Source: Squalus acanthias (taxonomy: Eukaryota). From it: 64,000 nucleotides of DNA. The stretch's first letter is position 1. Every line of letters starts with the position of its first letter. Location of the stretch: assembly GCA_030390025.1 (NCBI GenBank), contig CM059431.1, positions 144,648,001 through 144,712,000 of the forward strand, written 5' to 3'. The notes under the pieces were generated by a model. That model searched no databases and was not told the DNA's origin. It was given only the letters and a program-made list of their open reading frames with translations. Both the position numbers and the translations under genes were made by a program. Positions 23,240-37,071 of the stretch are shown here, piece by piece.

Positions 23240-24865
23240 GACCATTATCTGAGCTCCCGACCTTACTTTCTGTCCATTACCAAGACCGCCTACTTCTGCC
23301 TCCAGAGCATTGTTTCATTTCCGCCACTGCCTCAACTCATCTGCTGCGGAAATTCTCATCAATGCCTTTGTTACATCCAGACTCGACTATTCCAATGCTC
23401 TCCTGGTCAGCCTCCCACGATGTACCCTCCGTAATCTTGAGCTGATACAAACCTCTACTACCCATATTCTAACTTGCACCAAGACCCGTTCACCCATTAC
23501 CGGGAATTGGGGGAAAACTCGCCACTGGCTGGAGTCATACCTAGCACAAAGGAAGATGGTTGTGGTGTTTGAAGGTCAATCATCACAGCCCCAGGATATT
23601 GCTGCAGGAGTTCCTCAGGGCAGTGTCCGAAGCCCAACCATCTTTAGCTGCTTCATCAATGAACTCCCCTCCAACAGAAGGTCAGAAATGGGGATGTTCG
23701 CTGATGACTGCAGTGTTCAGCGCCATTCACAACTCCTCAGATAATGAATCAGTCCGTGCCAGCATGCAACAAGACCTGGACGACGTTCAGGCTTGGGCTG
23801 ACAAGTGGCAGGTAACATTCGCGCCACAGAAGTGCCAGGCAATGACCATCACCAACAAGCGAGAGTCTAACCACCTCCCCTTGACATTCAACGGCATTAC
23901 CATTGCCGAATCCCCCACCATCAACATCCTGGGGGTCACCATTGACCAGAAACTTAACTGGACCAGCCACATAAATACTGTGGCTACAAGAGCAGGTCAG
24001 AGGCTAGGCATTCTGCGGCGAGTGTCTCACCTCCTGACTCCCCAAAGCCTTTCCACCATCTACAAGGCACAAGTAAGGAGTGTGATGGAATACTGTTCAC
24101 TTGTCTGGATGAGTGCAGCTCCAACAATACTCAAGAAGCTCGACACCATCCAGGACAAAACAGCTCGCTTGATTGACACCCCATCTACCACCTTAAACAT
24201 TCACTCCCTCCACTACCGTCGTACTGTGGCTGCAGTGTGTACCATCTACAAGATGCGCTGCAGCAACTCGCCAAGGCTTCTTCGGCAGCACCTCCCAAAC
24301 CCGCGACCTCTTCCACCTAGAAGGACAAGGGCAGCAGGTGCATGGGAACACCACCACCTCCAAGTTCCCCTCCAAGTCACACACCATCCTGACACAGAAG
24401 TATATCGCCGATCCTTCATCGTCGCTGGGTCAAAATCCTAGAACTCCCAATCTAACAGCACTGTGGGAGTACCATCACCACACGGACTGCAGCGGTTCAA
24501 GGCGGCTCACCACCACCTTCTCAAGGGCAATTAGGGATGGGCAATAAATGCTGGCCTTGCCAGCGACGCCCACATCCCATAAAAACAAATTTATAAAAAA
24601 ACCTGCGCTCGCTGAGCTACATTTGCTCCTGATCCAACAACGCCTTGGTTTTAATTTTCTCATTCTTATTTTCAAATTGTTTCATGGTCTTGTCCCTCCC
24701 TATCTCTGTAACCTCCAGCCCTAGCATCCTCAGAGATCTCTGCCTTCCTCCAATTCTGGCCTCTTGTGCATCTCCGATTTTCATCGTTCTACCATTGGCA
24801 GAAGCCCCATCAGCTTTGTGGGCCCGAAGCTCTGGGATTCCCTCCCTAATCCTCTCCGTCTCTTA
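23240..24865 (+). mobile_element. L2 LINE fragment split by a nested LINE
   Basis: AAEILINAFVTSRLDYSNALL...SPIT (to 23500) resumes as PALAELH-like sequence at 24601. Confidence 0.75.
23501..24600 (+). mobile_element. CR1/L2-group LINE 3' RT fragment with A-rich tail
   Basis: AGVPQGSV...MFADD...WADKWQVTF...YKAQVRSVMEY; ends gggcaataaatgctggccttgccagcg...aaaaaa. Confidence 0.85.
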
Positions 24866-25964
24866 ACAGAAGTTCCACTGGTATTATATCAGAATCCGGG
24901 TAGGTTATCTGATGTATTGTGTATAGAGAGGGGCAGACTGTGAATTGACAGCAGTTATCTGGGGTATTACCTGCACTGCTATAGTTACCTGAACACAGGT
25001 AAATATTACTGGCATTCTGATGGTACAGAGGGGAATCAGGAAGATGATTTAAGCTTTTAGGAGTTTAGGTTGAGGGTGTTTTATGCATTTTGTTTTAGGC
25101 AAGAGACATCGGTGTTGAAATGTTTTAATGGGATTCACAACATTAGTGCAGGAAACAAGTCTCAAATAATTAATAACGGAGAAAATTGAGAATCAGAAGA
25201 AAGAATGGAAATCAGGTACTTTTATCACCCAAAGGGTAATAGAGCGTGGAGACCAGTTACCAGGGAAGGACACTAAAGGACAGTGTAAGTGGGGTCTAGA
25301 GACAATTGAAAGTGTGTGTGTGGATACTCTGAGAGGAGGGGTAGGTGGCTTCATCTCTCTAACAGGGACAGACTTGTTTGACCCGAATGGTATTTTCCTG
25401 TCCCTAATCGTTCTCCGGTTACATTGTATCACCGAAAATGCAAACAATTTTTCGGCAGTTTTACACATACAATCACTGAATATGTTTTATAACAGACCTG
25501 TTATATCACCGATTAGAATTAGAAATAGAATTGCCGCCTACTTCAGCCAGTGTTATGTTAGAGCAGAAAACATTCACTGTCGATTTGAACTGTTCTACCA
25601 ATAATTATACTCCGTTTGTTCATTTTGATATAAGCTTCCTAAACTGTATGTTTGGGAAATCACAAATGAGTTTCCGTTAGTCATTACATTGGGTTAAAAT
25701 ACACGTGATTGAAAGGACTATTCTTTGAGTAGAATGAGGGTCTTTCTTTCACTACCATTATGAAGATAGCCAATAACTTTCTGGTCACCCTGAACATTGT
25801 ACATTTCTCACAATTCTACACGGAATAATGTTCTATTGTGTGAACACCTGTACATCTTCTCAGATCAGATATAGCAGTTTCCTACAATTTATTTTGTGCC
25901 GAGAAGCGATAACATTTTACTATTACGCATGTTTCCAGATCTTCTCTGCACTTTAACTCCTTCT

Positions 25965-26141
25965 TAAATATATTCAAGAAGCAGTTAGATATATTTCTGA
26001 AGGCTAAAGGGATCAAGGGATATGGGGAGAAAGCAGCGACAGGGTACTGAGTTTGGATGATCAGTCCTTATCTCATTAAATGGCGGAACAGGCTCGAGGG
26101 GCCGAATGGCCTACTCCTGCTCCTATCTTCTAGGTTTCTAT
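25965..26141 (+). mobile_element. Short CR1 3' end
   Basis: Inverse of 29190-29370; ggccgaatggcctactcctgctcctat...tttctatg. Confidence 0.85.
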
Positions 26142-26295
26142 GGTGGAACAGAGTTCTTGGGGCGCAGGAAACCCTGAATATCTGGCTCAAGGCACTTTGT
26201 GATCCCAGAGCGTCTGCGTGGCACATAGGAGGTTTGTATTAAGATTCATTGTATATCAGAATACTACCAGATATGTATGCGGTTTTCAACAGTGC

Positions 26296-26890
26296 ATCAG
26301 GATTCTGCCAGGTGTGTATGGGGCTTCAGTGTATCAGGATCCTGCCAGGTATGTCTGGGGTTTCACAGTGCATCAGGATCCTGCCAGGTGTGTATGGGGT
26401 TTCACAGTGCATCAGGATCCTGCCAGGTGTGTATGGGGTTTCACAGTTTATCAGGATCCTGCCAGGTGTGTATGGGGTTTCACGGTGTTTCAGGATCCTG
26501 CCAGGTGTGTATGGGGTTTCACAGTGTATCAGGATCCTGCCAGGTGTGTATGGGGTTTCACAGTGCATCAGGATCCTGCCAGGTGTGTATGGGGTTTCAC
26601 AGTTTATCAGGATCCTGCCAGGTGTGTATGGGGTTTCACAGTTTATCAGGATCCTGACAGGTGTGTATGGGGTTTCACAGTTGATCAGGATCCTGCCAGG
26701 TGTGTATGGGGTTTCACAGTGAATCAGGATCCTGCCAGGTGTGTATGGGGTTTCACAGTTTATCAGGATCCTGCCAGGTGTGTATGGGGTTTCACACTGA
26801 ATCAGGATCCTGCCAGGTGTGTATGGGGTTTCACAGTGTATCAGGATCCTGCCAGGGCTGTATGGGGTTTCACAGTGTATCAGGATCCGG
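26296..26890. repeat. 39-bp minisatellite, ~15 copies
   Basis: Unit atcaggatcctgccaggtgtgtatggggtttcacagt(g/t)n. Confidence 0.97.
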
Positions 26891-27156
26891 TGATGTAGGC
26901 GATGTGCAGTTGAATTAACTGGAGCATACAAGACCTGCAAATTTACCAATAATTCAAAAATTGGAGTTAATTGTAAATTGAAGCTACGCAGAACTTTTGA
27001 GTATTACTCACGAATCCAAATGACATTTAACGCTGTTTCCCCAGCCTTTGTACCTCTGACTGCCAGATTCTGACAAGCTCGAAACAAACGGCTACTGTCA
27101 AACATTCAGATTCTCAAGTGAAATAAAAGGTTTGAAATCTTCATTACATCACTTAC

Positions 27157-27222
27157 CTTTCAGGTGACTGGGTAGTTCGGATACACCTCGTGCGATGTTC
27201 ATGTAATCAAAAGGGTCACAAC
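27157..27222 (-). CDS. NLR linker exon, 66 bp
   Basis: aaacag| (G)CDPFDYMNIARGVSELPSHLK |gtaagt, phase 1-1. Confidence 0.85.
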
Positions 27223-27327
27223 CTGTTTAAATCAATGAACTTGCATGAAATCAGATCTGTGTGATACTATAGCAAAATCTGCAGTGTTTGAATCTGAATT
27301 TGTATTCAGTGTTTGATTTTACCGTAC

Positions 27328-27499
27328 CAAGTTCCTGTATTTCTTTCAGTATTTTGTCCAGCTTTGGTAACCTGTGGCGCATTTTCACAAAGGATTCCCA
27401 CATCACTCTTCGGGCCCCAGAGCCTTTCTCCATCACCAGATTTAGGAGAAGTTTGGAACTGTCCACCCGGTTTCCCTTCTCCGCGAGCTCAGTGACTTT
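27328..27499 (-). CDS. NLR CARD-like exon (second half)
   Basis: ttacag| KVTELAEKGNRVDSSKLLLNLVMEKGSGARRVMWESFVKMRHRLPKLDKILKEIQEL |gtacgg. Confidence 0.88.
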
Positions 27500-28477
27500 C
27501 TGTAAAGAATAATAATGAATATATTGAGAAGCGGAGTGAAAGACACACACTGAGAATGAGAAGGAAAGGATCTGCTCAGTGATGGGATCTCTCAGTTGTT
27601 TTGAGCACAGAAAGCAGTCACTGGGCCGGGTACTGATTCATTCTGAACAAGGGCTGAATATTCTGTAAATATCTTGATTCACTCATTAACAGCAAATAAA
27701 TGAGATAGAAGGAAAATAGAAATCAGAAACATTGCTCTAGGAGAGTGAGGAATCACTGAGAATCAGCAACAGTTTAAATGGGATTAGTTTTCTCTATCCC
27801 TCAGTGTTCAACATGACATCAGATTACTGATTGACAATATGATACACTTGTTTCTCACACTTACTTCCTGCTGTCACACTTTGTGATTAACTTAGAAATA
27901 AAACAGCAGCGAATCAGAACTCCAGTGGCAGGGAAGGGATGAATCTGAAGTGAGGGAAGCAGCTAGATACTGTCTGAGAAATTACACCGACTAATCAAAA
28001 CAATCACTGTTGGTTTATTGGTCAGCAGAATCGCCCAATAATAATAATAATGATGAAGAAAAATCCAATCACTCCAATCGCTTGTTTCCTCGGTCATTGA
28101 AATGAGAGACACTCAATTTTTTGCACAATTGCTGCCGGTATGAAACCTCAGTAACCGGGAGCACGTGTCCACCAATGGACAGTCAGGACTTCCACCAACA
28201 ACTTACATTTATGCAGGGCTTTTAAAGTAGAAAAGCAGCCCAAGGTGTTTCAGAGAGGCGGAATCAGACAATGAACCCGAGACAAAGAAGGATAAATCAG
28301 CAGAGGTGGCCAGAAGCTAGAGGAAAGGTAAGGTTTAAGGAGCAGAGGGAGGTGGAGAGGCACAGGGGTTGATGGAATGAATTCCTGAGTGTGGGGCCCA
28401 AGACAACTGAACTGGTGGCGTGAAGGACTGGATGCACAAGAGGCCAGAGTCAGAGCAACGGAGAATTCCAGTGGCAC

Positions 28478-29010
28478 GGGAGGTTGGGATTAGACTAGGT
28501 GGGATATTAACGGTAATGGGTAGTGAGCAGGCGGTTGGGATTAGACTAGGTGTGATATTAACGGTAATGGGTAGTGAGCAGGAGGTTGGGATTAGACTAG
28601 GTGCGATATTAACGGTAATGGGTAGTGAGCAGGAGGTTGGGATTAGACTAGGTGGGATATTAACAGTAATGGGTAGTGAGCAGGAGGTTGGGATTAGACT
28701 AGGTGGGATATTAACGGTAATGGGTAGTGAGCAGGAGGTTGGGATTAGACTAGGTGGGATATTAACAGTAATGGGTAGTGAGCAGGAGGTTGGGATTAGA
28801 CTAGGTGGGATATTAACAGTAATGGGTAGTGAGCAGGAGGTTGGGATTAGACTAGGTGGGATATTAACGGTAATGGGTAGTGAGCAGGCGGTTGGGATTA
28901 GACTAGGTGTGATATTAACGGTAATGGGTAGTGAGCAGGAGGTTGGGATTAGACTAGGTGGGATATTAACAGTAATTGGTAGTGAGCAGGAGGTTGGGAT
29001 TAGACCAGGT
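28478..29010. repeat. 51-bp minisatellite, ~10 copies
   Basis: Unit ggaggttgggattagactaggtgggatattaacggtaatgggtagtgagca; follows an L2 3' fragment at ~28196-28475. Confidence 0.97.
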
Positions 29011-29185
29011 GACTCGGAGGAGAAAAACAAACAATTGCACAGTATTGTTCGGGGACAGTCCGGTTTTTCCATCCCCACAGTGCTTTTTTTGGCTTGTTTC
29101 CTTTCTTTGTGTCTCAATATTTCACCATCTCAGCTCCTCTGTTTTTTAATGCCTTTTCTTTATACCAGAGGGGATTTTTCTGTGT

Positions 29186-31620
29186 CATAGAAACATAGAA
29201 GATAGGAGCAGGAGTAGGCTATTCGGCCCCTCGAGCCTGCTCCGCCATTTAATGAGATCATGGCTGATCATCCAAACTCAGTACCCTGTCCCTGCTTTCT
29301 CCCCATATCCCTTGATCCCTTTAGCCTTAAGAAATATATCTAACTCCTTCTTGAATATATTTAATGAATTGGCCTCAACTGCCTTCTGTGGTAGAGAATT
29401 CCACAGGTTCACCACTCTCTGGGTGAAGAAATTCCTCCTCATCTCAGTCCTAAATGGCTTACCCCTTATCCTTAGACTGTGACCCCTGGTTCTGGACTCC
29501 CCTGCCATCGGGAACATCCTTCCTGCATCTAGTCTGTCCAGTCCTGTTAGAATTTTATAAGTTTCAATGATATCCCCTCTTATTCTTCTAAACTCTAGCG
29601 AATATGAGCCTAATCGACCCAATCTCTCTTCATACGTCATTCCTGCCATCCCAGGTATCAGTCTGGTGAATCTTCGCTGCACTCCCTCCATGGCAAGAAC
29701 ATCCTTCCTCAGATAAGGCGACCAAAACTGCACACAGTACTCAAGGTGTGGTCTCACCAAGGCCCTGTACAACTGCAGCAAGACATCCTTGCTCCTGTAC
29801 TCGAATCCTCTCGCTATGAAGGCCAACATACCATTTGCCTTCTTAACCGCCTGCTGCACCTGCATGCTTACCTTCAAGGACTGGTGCACAAGGACTCCCA
29901 GGTCTCGTTGCACTTCCCCTTTTCCCAATCTATTGCCGTTCAGATAATAATCTGCCTTCCTGTTTTTGACACCAAAGTGGATAACCTCGCATTTATCCAC
30001 ATTATACTGCATCTGCCATGCATCTGTCCAAATCATACTGGAGTTTCTCTGCATCCTCCTCAACACACACGCCCACCCAGCTTTTTGTCGTCTGCAAACT
30101 TGGAGATATTACATCTAGTTCCCTCGTCTAGATCATTAATATATTTTGTGAATAACTGGGGTCCTAGCACCGATCCCTGTGGTAACCCACTAGTCACTGC
30201 CTGCCACTCGGAAAAAGGCCCGTTTATTCCAACTCTTTGCTTCCTGTCTGCCAACCAGTTCTCTATCCAAATCAGTACCTTACCCCCAATCCCATGTGCT
30301 TTAACTTTGCACGCTAATCTCTTATGCGGGACCTTATCGAAAGCCTTCTGAAAGTCCAAATACACCACATCCACTGGTTCTCCCTTATCTATTCTACCAG
30401 TTACATCCTCAAAAAATTCCAGTAGATTAGTCAAGCATGATTTACCTTTTGTAAATCCATGTTGACTTTGTCCGATCCTGTCACTGTTTTCCAAGTGCTC
30501 TGCTATTACATCTTTTATTATGGACTCCAGCATTTTCCCCACTGCCGATGTCAGGCTTACCAGTCTATAATTCCCTGTTTTCTCTCTCCCACCTTTTTTA
30601 AATAGTGGGGTTACATTAGCTACCCTCCAATCCATGGGAACTGTTCCAGAGTCTATAGAATTTTGGAAAATGACCAGCAATGCATCTACTATTTCTAGGG
30701 CCACTTCCTTAAGTACCCTAGGATGTAGATTATCAGGCCCTGGAGATTTATCGGCCTTCAATCCCGCCAATTTCCCTAACACCATTTCCCTACAAATACT
30801 GATTTCATTCAGTTCTTCCCTCTCATTAGACTCTATGTTCCCCGACATCTCTGGGAGGTTATTTGTGTCGTCCTTTGTGAAGACAGAACCAAAGTATGCA
30901 TTTAATTGGTCAGCCATTTCTTTGTTCCCCATTATAAATTCCCCTGATTCTGACTGCAAGGGACCTACGCTTGACTTCACCAATCTTTTTCTCTTCACAT
31001 ATCTATAGATGCTTTTACAGTCAGTTTTTATGTTCCCTGCAAGCTTACTCTCATACTCTATTTTCCCCCTCTTAATTAATCCCTTTGTCGTCCTTTGCTG
31101 AATCCTAAACTGCTCGCAATCCTCAGGTTTGCTGCTTTTTCTGGCCAATTTCTATGTCCTCTCCTTGGATCTTATGCTATCCCTAATTTCCCTTGTTTGC
31201 CATGGTTGAGTCACCTTTTTTGTTTTATTTTTATGCCAAACAGGGATGAACAAATTCTGTAGTTCATCCATGCGATCTTTAAATGTTTGCCATTGCCTAT
31301 CCACCGTCAACCCTTTAAGTAACACGCCCCAATCCATCCTAGCCAATTCGTGCCTCATACCATCGTAGTTTCCTTTATTTAAATTCAGGACCCTAGTCTC
31401 TGAGTCAACTACTTCACTCTCCATCTTAATGAAGAATTCTATCATATTATGATCACTCCTCCCCAAGGGGCCTCACACAACAAGATTGCTAATTAATCCT
31501 TTCTCATTACATAATACCCAGTCTAAGATGGCCTGATCTCTAGTTGGTTCCTCGACATATTGGTCCAGGAAACCATCCCGTATACACTCTAGGAATTCCT
31601 CCTCCACAGTATTGTTACTC
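29186..31620 (-). mobile_element. CR1 LINE, 5'-truncated, frameshifted ORF2
   Basis: ORFs 29278-30066, 30060-31148, 31152-31466 with RT motifs; CATAGAAA tail. Confidence 0.95.
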
Positions 31621-32755
31621 ATCTGACATTTCCCCGATTTACTATTAAGTAGTTTCCTGGTCACTCAGCTCATTGCCTTCTCTTTAATTCCTGTCTGTTG
31701 CCTCTGGTCTCTCCTTTTCCCAGTCCCACTAATACCGTTTCCCTTTGTTTTCAGTCCACACAAGAGTTATACCAGGACCTTTCCCCTGTTCTTTGTACAG
31801 ATACTGACAGATCCGCTGGGTATTTCCACCTCTTCGTATCATTGTTTCAGATTCACAATATTTGCAGTTTTATCCATTTCTTTGATATTTTGCCAATTCC
31901 ATTCTGTAACATTCTAAGATTCCAATATTTGATATTGCAACAATTCTCAGTGGCAGTGAGGAAAGCAAATCAGATGTTGGATGTGCTAACAGGTCAATAT
32001 TAAGCAGACATAGTGAGATAATCCCGCTACTTTATAAATCATTGGTGTGACCGCACTGAGAATACTGTGCACAGTTCTTGCTGCCTCAGTACAAAAAGGT
32101 TATCGCAGCTATTTAACAGAACAACTAGAATGACAGAGAGGATGGAGGGGTTGGATTAGGAGGACCTATTGTATAAGTTGGGTATGTTCTGTCTGGAAAA
32201 GAGAAGTTTGAGAGGTGATATGATTGCTGATTCACTTTGTCCAGTATAGTAGAAACAGAGGACACGGCCTGCGCTTGAAGGAGGGTAAATTCAAAATTAG
32301 TCTGTGAACAATATTTCAGTGAGCGAGTGTTCAATCTGGGAACAGGCTCCATAGGGAGATGGAGGAAGCAGTTAATATTGATTCATTAAACGGTAAATTA
32401 GATTTATTTCAGAAAATCACATTTTGGGATGTAGTGCGAGTAATTTGAGATATGACATGTGGTAAGTGCAGCATGGTTGGGAGGAACAGGTGTCTTTGGA
32501 TCTACGGTTCCCAAATCTCTCCACCTCTGGGGTTTTCCTCACCTCATGTCTGGGTCTGTTGTAGATTAATTGATAGAGATCGATTAGTCAACAATTCCAT
32601 TATCATTGTAGCATTCGATACCAGGATGCTGATGGGGAATTACACAGACCTCGGACTTTTCTCATCCAGCAATTCCTTTATTCCTATGTTAGGATATTCT
32701 GTCAGTTCTGTGATGTTAGAATAATCTAAACTCATTCTGTGTCCCTCGCACTCAC

Positions 32756-32922
32756 GTGATACTCTTGTCCACTGAAATGGTCCTCGCCTGTTAACCAGAG
32801 ACCGAGTCCCTCCACACCCTCTTCAACCGCCTGTTCCAGTCTGTCCCGGTAGAATTTCGTCAACTGGAACAGCTGGTAATCGTTACACTTTGTCAAGAAC
32901 TTATTGATTGTCGAGTTCAGAT
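32756..32922 (-). CDS. NLR CARD-like exon (first half)
   Basis: tcacag| (D)LNSTINKFLTKCNDYQLFQLTKFYRDRLEQAVEEGVEGLGLWLTGEDHFSGQEYH |gtgagt. Confidence 0.85.
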
Positions 32923-33664
32923 CTGTGATCACAAAGAACCACATTAACAAATACCTTCTGAAAACCCACATACATCGCATGTGCTACATTCCATCGATCT
33001 ATAGTCAATTCTGTGTGCAAATTTGTCAAACACGACTTATCGACAGCTTATCGGTTCCAGCCACCCCGATCATCCCCTGTATCTGTAAATGTTCACTAAT
33101 TCGACCTTCAAATACAGATTCCAGGAGTTTGCTCACAACACAGTCTCACTCTCGATCTCATCTCCACTGCTCGATAGCCTGCAAAACCCACCGAGAAATG
33201 TGCGATTCCTTCCTATTCCTTAACTGAATACATATAGATTATATCTGAACATAACTCCAGGGAACATTCTTGTGTTCCAGTGCAGACATATAACCCTTTA
33301 GTAATACTGGCATCCACAAATATTGTTTCACTCTCCTCAAAATGTTATAATCAGGATCGTTTCGCTCCGAGTTCCGTTCAAACCTAAGTCCTGTCTCATA
33401 GTTAATAGATCACAGCACCCAGGAGGACAAGGGCAGAGGTGCATGGGATCACCATCGCCTCCCATTTACCCTCCAAGTCACACAGCGACCAGACTTGGAC
33501 ATATATCGCCGTTCGTCATCATCACTGCGTCAACATCATGGAAATCCCTACCCAAGTGTTCCTGTTTCAACAGTCCTGTGGAACAGTCATTCCACTCTCT
33601 AGTCTCAGATCGGGATATTTCCCATCCTCCAGTAATATCAGCTGATTCCCTCCCACTGCTCCAT

Positions 33665-34290
33665 TCACCTTTTCTGTGAATCCATTGTTTGTCGGTTCAG
33701 ATCGCGGCCGTCCCTTCCCTTCTCCCTGAACTCACTCCAATGCCCCAAGAACGTGAACCCTCCCCTCCTGCTCCGGCCCTGCAGCCGCACGTTGACCGGC
33801 CTCATATTACCCTCCTTAAGCAGCCCAGTGCAAAACAATCCAGAGATCACCAGCTTGAGGCCTTGTTTCTTAGTTTAATGCCTCAGTCTTAATAGTCCCT
33901 CTATAAACGTATTTCTATCCATGTTACTGGTTCCGACCATGGCTATTTTCTGCTTCCCTTTTCTTCCCTGAGACGGTCCCATACGTTTCAAGATGTTCTT
34001 CCCTGTGGCACCAGGGAGGTAACGAACCATACCTGACCTGCTCAGGGCTGCAGAAGTCTCTGTCTATTCCGCTGACGATAGAATCTCCCACCACTATCGT
34101 TCTCCTATTCCTGTGCCCCTCCTGCCTCTCACCCCCGCCCCACTCAGGGTGGCCTCCTGCTCTCTGGTGCCACTGATGCTCAGGAAGACCCTCCTCTGAG
34201 TCACTGTTTCTATCCACCTTACAGTCCCCCATACGAGGCATCTATTGGACAGTTCCAGTACTCGGAGGTTCCCTACACCTGTGACTGCAA
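33665..34290 (-). mobile_element. Old CR1 ORF1 (SGNH) fragment
   Basis: IVVGDSIVSGIDR and FTFLGHW motifs. Confidence 0.7.
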
Positions 34291-34424
34291 TGTCCCTTAA
34301 GATGGTCTCTTGCTTCCCTCTTTGTACTCAGTTCCCTCTTCTTGTGTGAGCTGTAGGTTCATGCACGAGATCTGGACATTTTGTTGGGACAGAAATTGTG
34401 TTTTAAAGAATTTTCTGAACCTAC

Positions 34425-34488
34425 CTGTGTCCATTCTCATTCTTGTTGAAGATGTTGGATCTTCTCCCCTGGTTGGACCTTCAGCCAT
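34425..34488 (-). CDS. NLR first coding exon (exon extends 5' to an acceptor at 34520)
   Basis: caccATGG context; MAEGPTRGEDPTSSTRMRMDT |gtaggt, phase 1 fits the next exon; upstream ctaacag acceptor implies further 5'UTR exons. Confidence 0.8.
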
Positions 34489-34686
34489 GGTGGTGACAGG
34501 CGTTCCAAGATTCTGATACTCTGTTAGAAATATAATATTAATAGGAGGGTTAGATGGAAATATTAAAATGAGGAGAACATTGCCTAGTTAAACATGATAT
34601 CAAGTCCCTCCTCCCTCATCAGTACAGCAGCTGTTAGCTCTGGGATCTCAGAAAACACCATGAATATACAAGTGGTAGATTTTACT

Positions 34687-34813
34687 ACGATAGCAAAATA
34701 CTGCGGATGCTGGAAATCCGACGAAGGGTTTCGACCTGAAACGATAACTCTCTTTCTCTCTCCACGGATGTTGCCTGGCCTGCTGAGTTTTTCCAGCGTT
34801 TTCTGTTGATTTT
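34687..34813 (+). mobile_element. Penelope-terminus mini-insertion with 14-bp TSD
   Basis: tggtagattttact at 34673-34686 and 34814-34827; contains CCGACGAAGGGTTTCGACCTGAAAC (mutated hammerhead core). Confidence 0.8.
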
Positions 34814-36281
34814 TGGTAGATTTTACTGCTGTTTTACAATCATTATGCTCCATTTGTGTGTGCCCGCGCACGTGCGTCCATTGAAACTATCAATCAGCGT
34901 CCTTTCCTTTCCCCACTGTGGAAATGTCAAAGCGATTCAGTTGATTTATAACCAGTTTGAGACTTTGTAAAGCTCAGTACTTTGCTGTTTCACTAACGCT
35001 GCCACTAGTGTAATAAACACACAACAGCAACAACAGAGGGACAAGGAGAATGTATGAGAAATGATTAGCGGTAACATAATAGGGAACACGATCGCCTTTT
35101 ATAAACATATAAACCGTGAAAGAATAGTCCAAGGAAAGGTGGGGCTGATAAAGAACCAAAAAGGCAATCACCTTGTGGAAGCAGAGGACATGGCTGAGCT
35201 CTAAATTAACACTTTGCCTCCGTATTCACTAAAGGAGAGGATGCTGCCAATCGTACAGTAAAGGAGGAGGTGGTAGAGAAATTGGAGAGGATATAATAGA
35301 TTAGGGCGATGTAGTAAAACGGTTGGCAGGGTTCAAAGTAGAAATGTCACCCGCTCTGCCACAATCTTCCAATCCTTGGATATGAGAGAGGTGCCAGAGG
35401 ACTGGAGGGTTGCAAATGTTACTTCCATGTTCAAAAAAGGCGAAAGTGATGAACCAAATAACTACAGGCGAGTCAGCATAACATCGGTGTTGAGGAAGCT
35501 TCTCGGGACAAAAATCGGAATCAAAATTAAATGTCACTTGGAAGAACATGGGTTAATTAGCGACAGCCAAAATTGATTTTTTTTAAAAGGCAAATCAAAT
35601 CTGGCTGACTTGATTGAGTTAATCGATGAAATAGGAGAGGGTTGATGGAGGTAGTGCAGTTGATGTTCTGTATATGGACTTTCAGAAGGCGTTTGATAAA
35701 ATATCGGATAATAGACTGGTTTACAAAATTGAAGCCAATGATATTAAAGGAGCAGTGGCAGCGTGGATACTAAATTGGCGAAAGGACAGAAAACAGACAG
35801 TAGTTGTGAACCAATATTGTTCACACTGGAGGGAAGTATACAGTGGTGTCCCCAGGGGTCGGTATTAGGACCACTGCTCTTTTTGATATATATTAGTGAC
35901 CTGGACTTGGGAATACAGAGCATAATTTAAAAGTTTGTAGATGACACGAATCTCGGAAAAGTCGTAAACCGTGAGGAGGATAGCAGAAGACTTCAGGAGG
36001 AAATAGACCGTCTGGTGAAATGGACAGACACATGGCAGGTGAAATTTAATGCAGAGAAGTGTAAGTGATGCACTTTGGAAAGAAGAATGAGGCAATATAA
36101 GCTAAATGGTACAATTTTAAAGGGGTTTCAGGAACAGAAAAACTTGGGAGTACACAGAGAAATCTTTGAAGGTGGAAGGACAGGATGATAAGGCTTTTAG
36201 AAAAGTATACGAGACCATTGGCTTTATAAATAGTGAGAGGTCGCACAACACCAGGTTATAGTCCAACAGTTTTATTTGAAA

Positions 36282-36323
36282 TCACAAGCTTTCGGAGCTA
36301 TCGATCGCCCCTTCCTCAGGTGA
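36282..36323 (-). ncRNA. Minimal type I hammerhead ribozyme motif (left arm)
   Basis: TCAC-CTGAGGA-AGGGGCGATCGATAGCTCC-GAAAGCTT-GTGA. Confidence 0.7.
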
Positions 36324-37071
36324 AGTAGTAAAGAAATACAGACTCGACAAAGCATATATAGATAGAGAACAATGCATGTGTACCTTACAATTGCAGACAA
36401 CTAAATTAAATCATCCTGACTATCTGCCGAGGTGTGATAAAGTTAATCAGTTCAGCCAGGAAGGTACCACATCAAAGACATAGCAAGATACAACTGAGAC
36501 AATGAGGTGGAGTCGCAGGGGGTCTAACGTGTCAAAAGCTGCCCACTGTATGTAAAACGATAAGCTGTAAAAAAAATTTACTTTTTTACTGGGAAAATTT
36601 TTACTTTTTTACTGGGAATCACATCTGTGAACAAGCCAACGATGACTCGAGTCCGGATCACGTCATGTATCGTGACATAAACCCAAGATCCCGGTTGAGA
36701 CCGTCTTCATGAGTTTATGTCACGATACATGACGTGATCCGGACTCGAGTCGTCGTTGGCTTGTTCACAGATGTGATTCCCAGTAAAAAAGTAAAAATTT
36801 TCCCAGTAATAGAGTACATTTTTTTTACAGCTTATCGTTTTACATACAGACGGCAGCTTTTGACACGTTAGACCGCCTGCGACTCCACCTCATTGTCTCA
36901 GTTGTATCTAGCTATGTCTTTGATGTGGTACCTTCCTGGCTGACCTGATTAACTTTATCACACCTCGGCAGATAGTCAGGATGATTTAATTTAGTTGTCT
37001 GCAATTGTAAGGTACACATGCATTGTTCTCTATCTATATATGCTTTGTCGAGTCTGTATTTCTTTACTACT

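Larger units (their letters stand above)
13330..34488 (-). pseudogene. NLR (CARD-like + NACHT + LRR; NLRP3/NLRC3-like) gene, 11 coding exons, lesions confined to the LRR tail
   Basis: Phase-compatible GT-AG exons: 34488-34425, 32922-32756, 27499-27328, 27222-27157, 22477-20740, 15016-14930, 14791-14621, 14361-14191, 14056-13886, 13747-13581, 13417-13330. Pseudogene versus truncated functional allele is unresolved. Confidence 0.85.

Noticed and set aside
26218..26949. Cys-containing repeat ORFs and a CRISPR-like appearance
   Set aside because: Head-to-tail 39-bp units with no unique spacers; the ORFs result from a unit length divisible by three.
28335..29190. 256-260 aa repetitive ORFs on both strands
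   Set aside because: Translation of the 51-bp minisatellite; no splice or domain support.
33000..33180. Possible extra NLR exon after a ttttgcag acceptor
   Set aside because: The frames I checked hit stops, no clear donor, and the flanking exons already join in phase.
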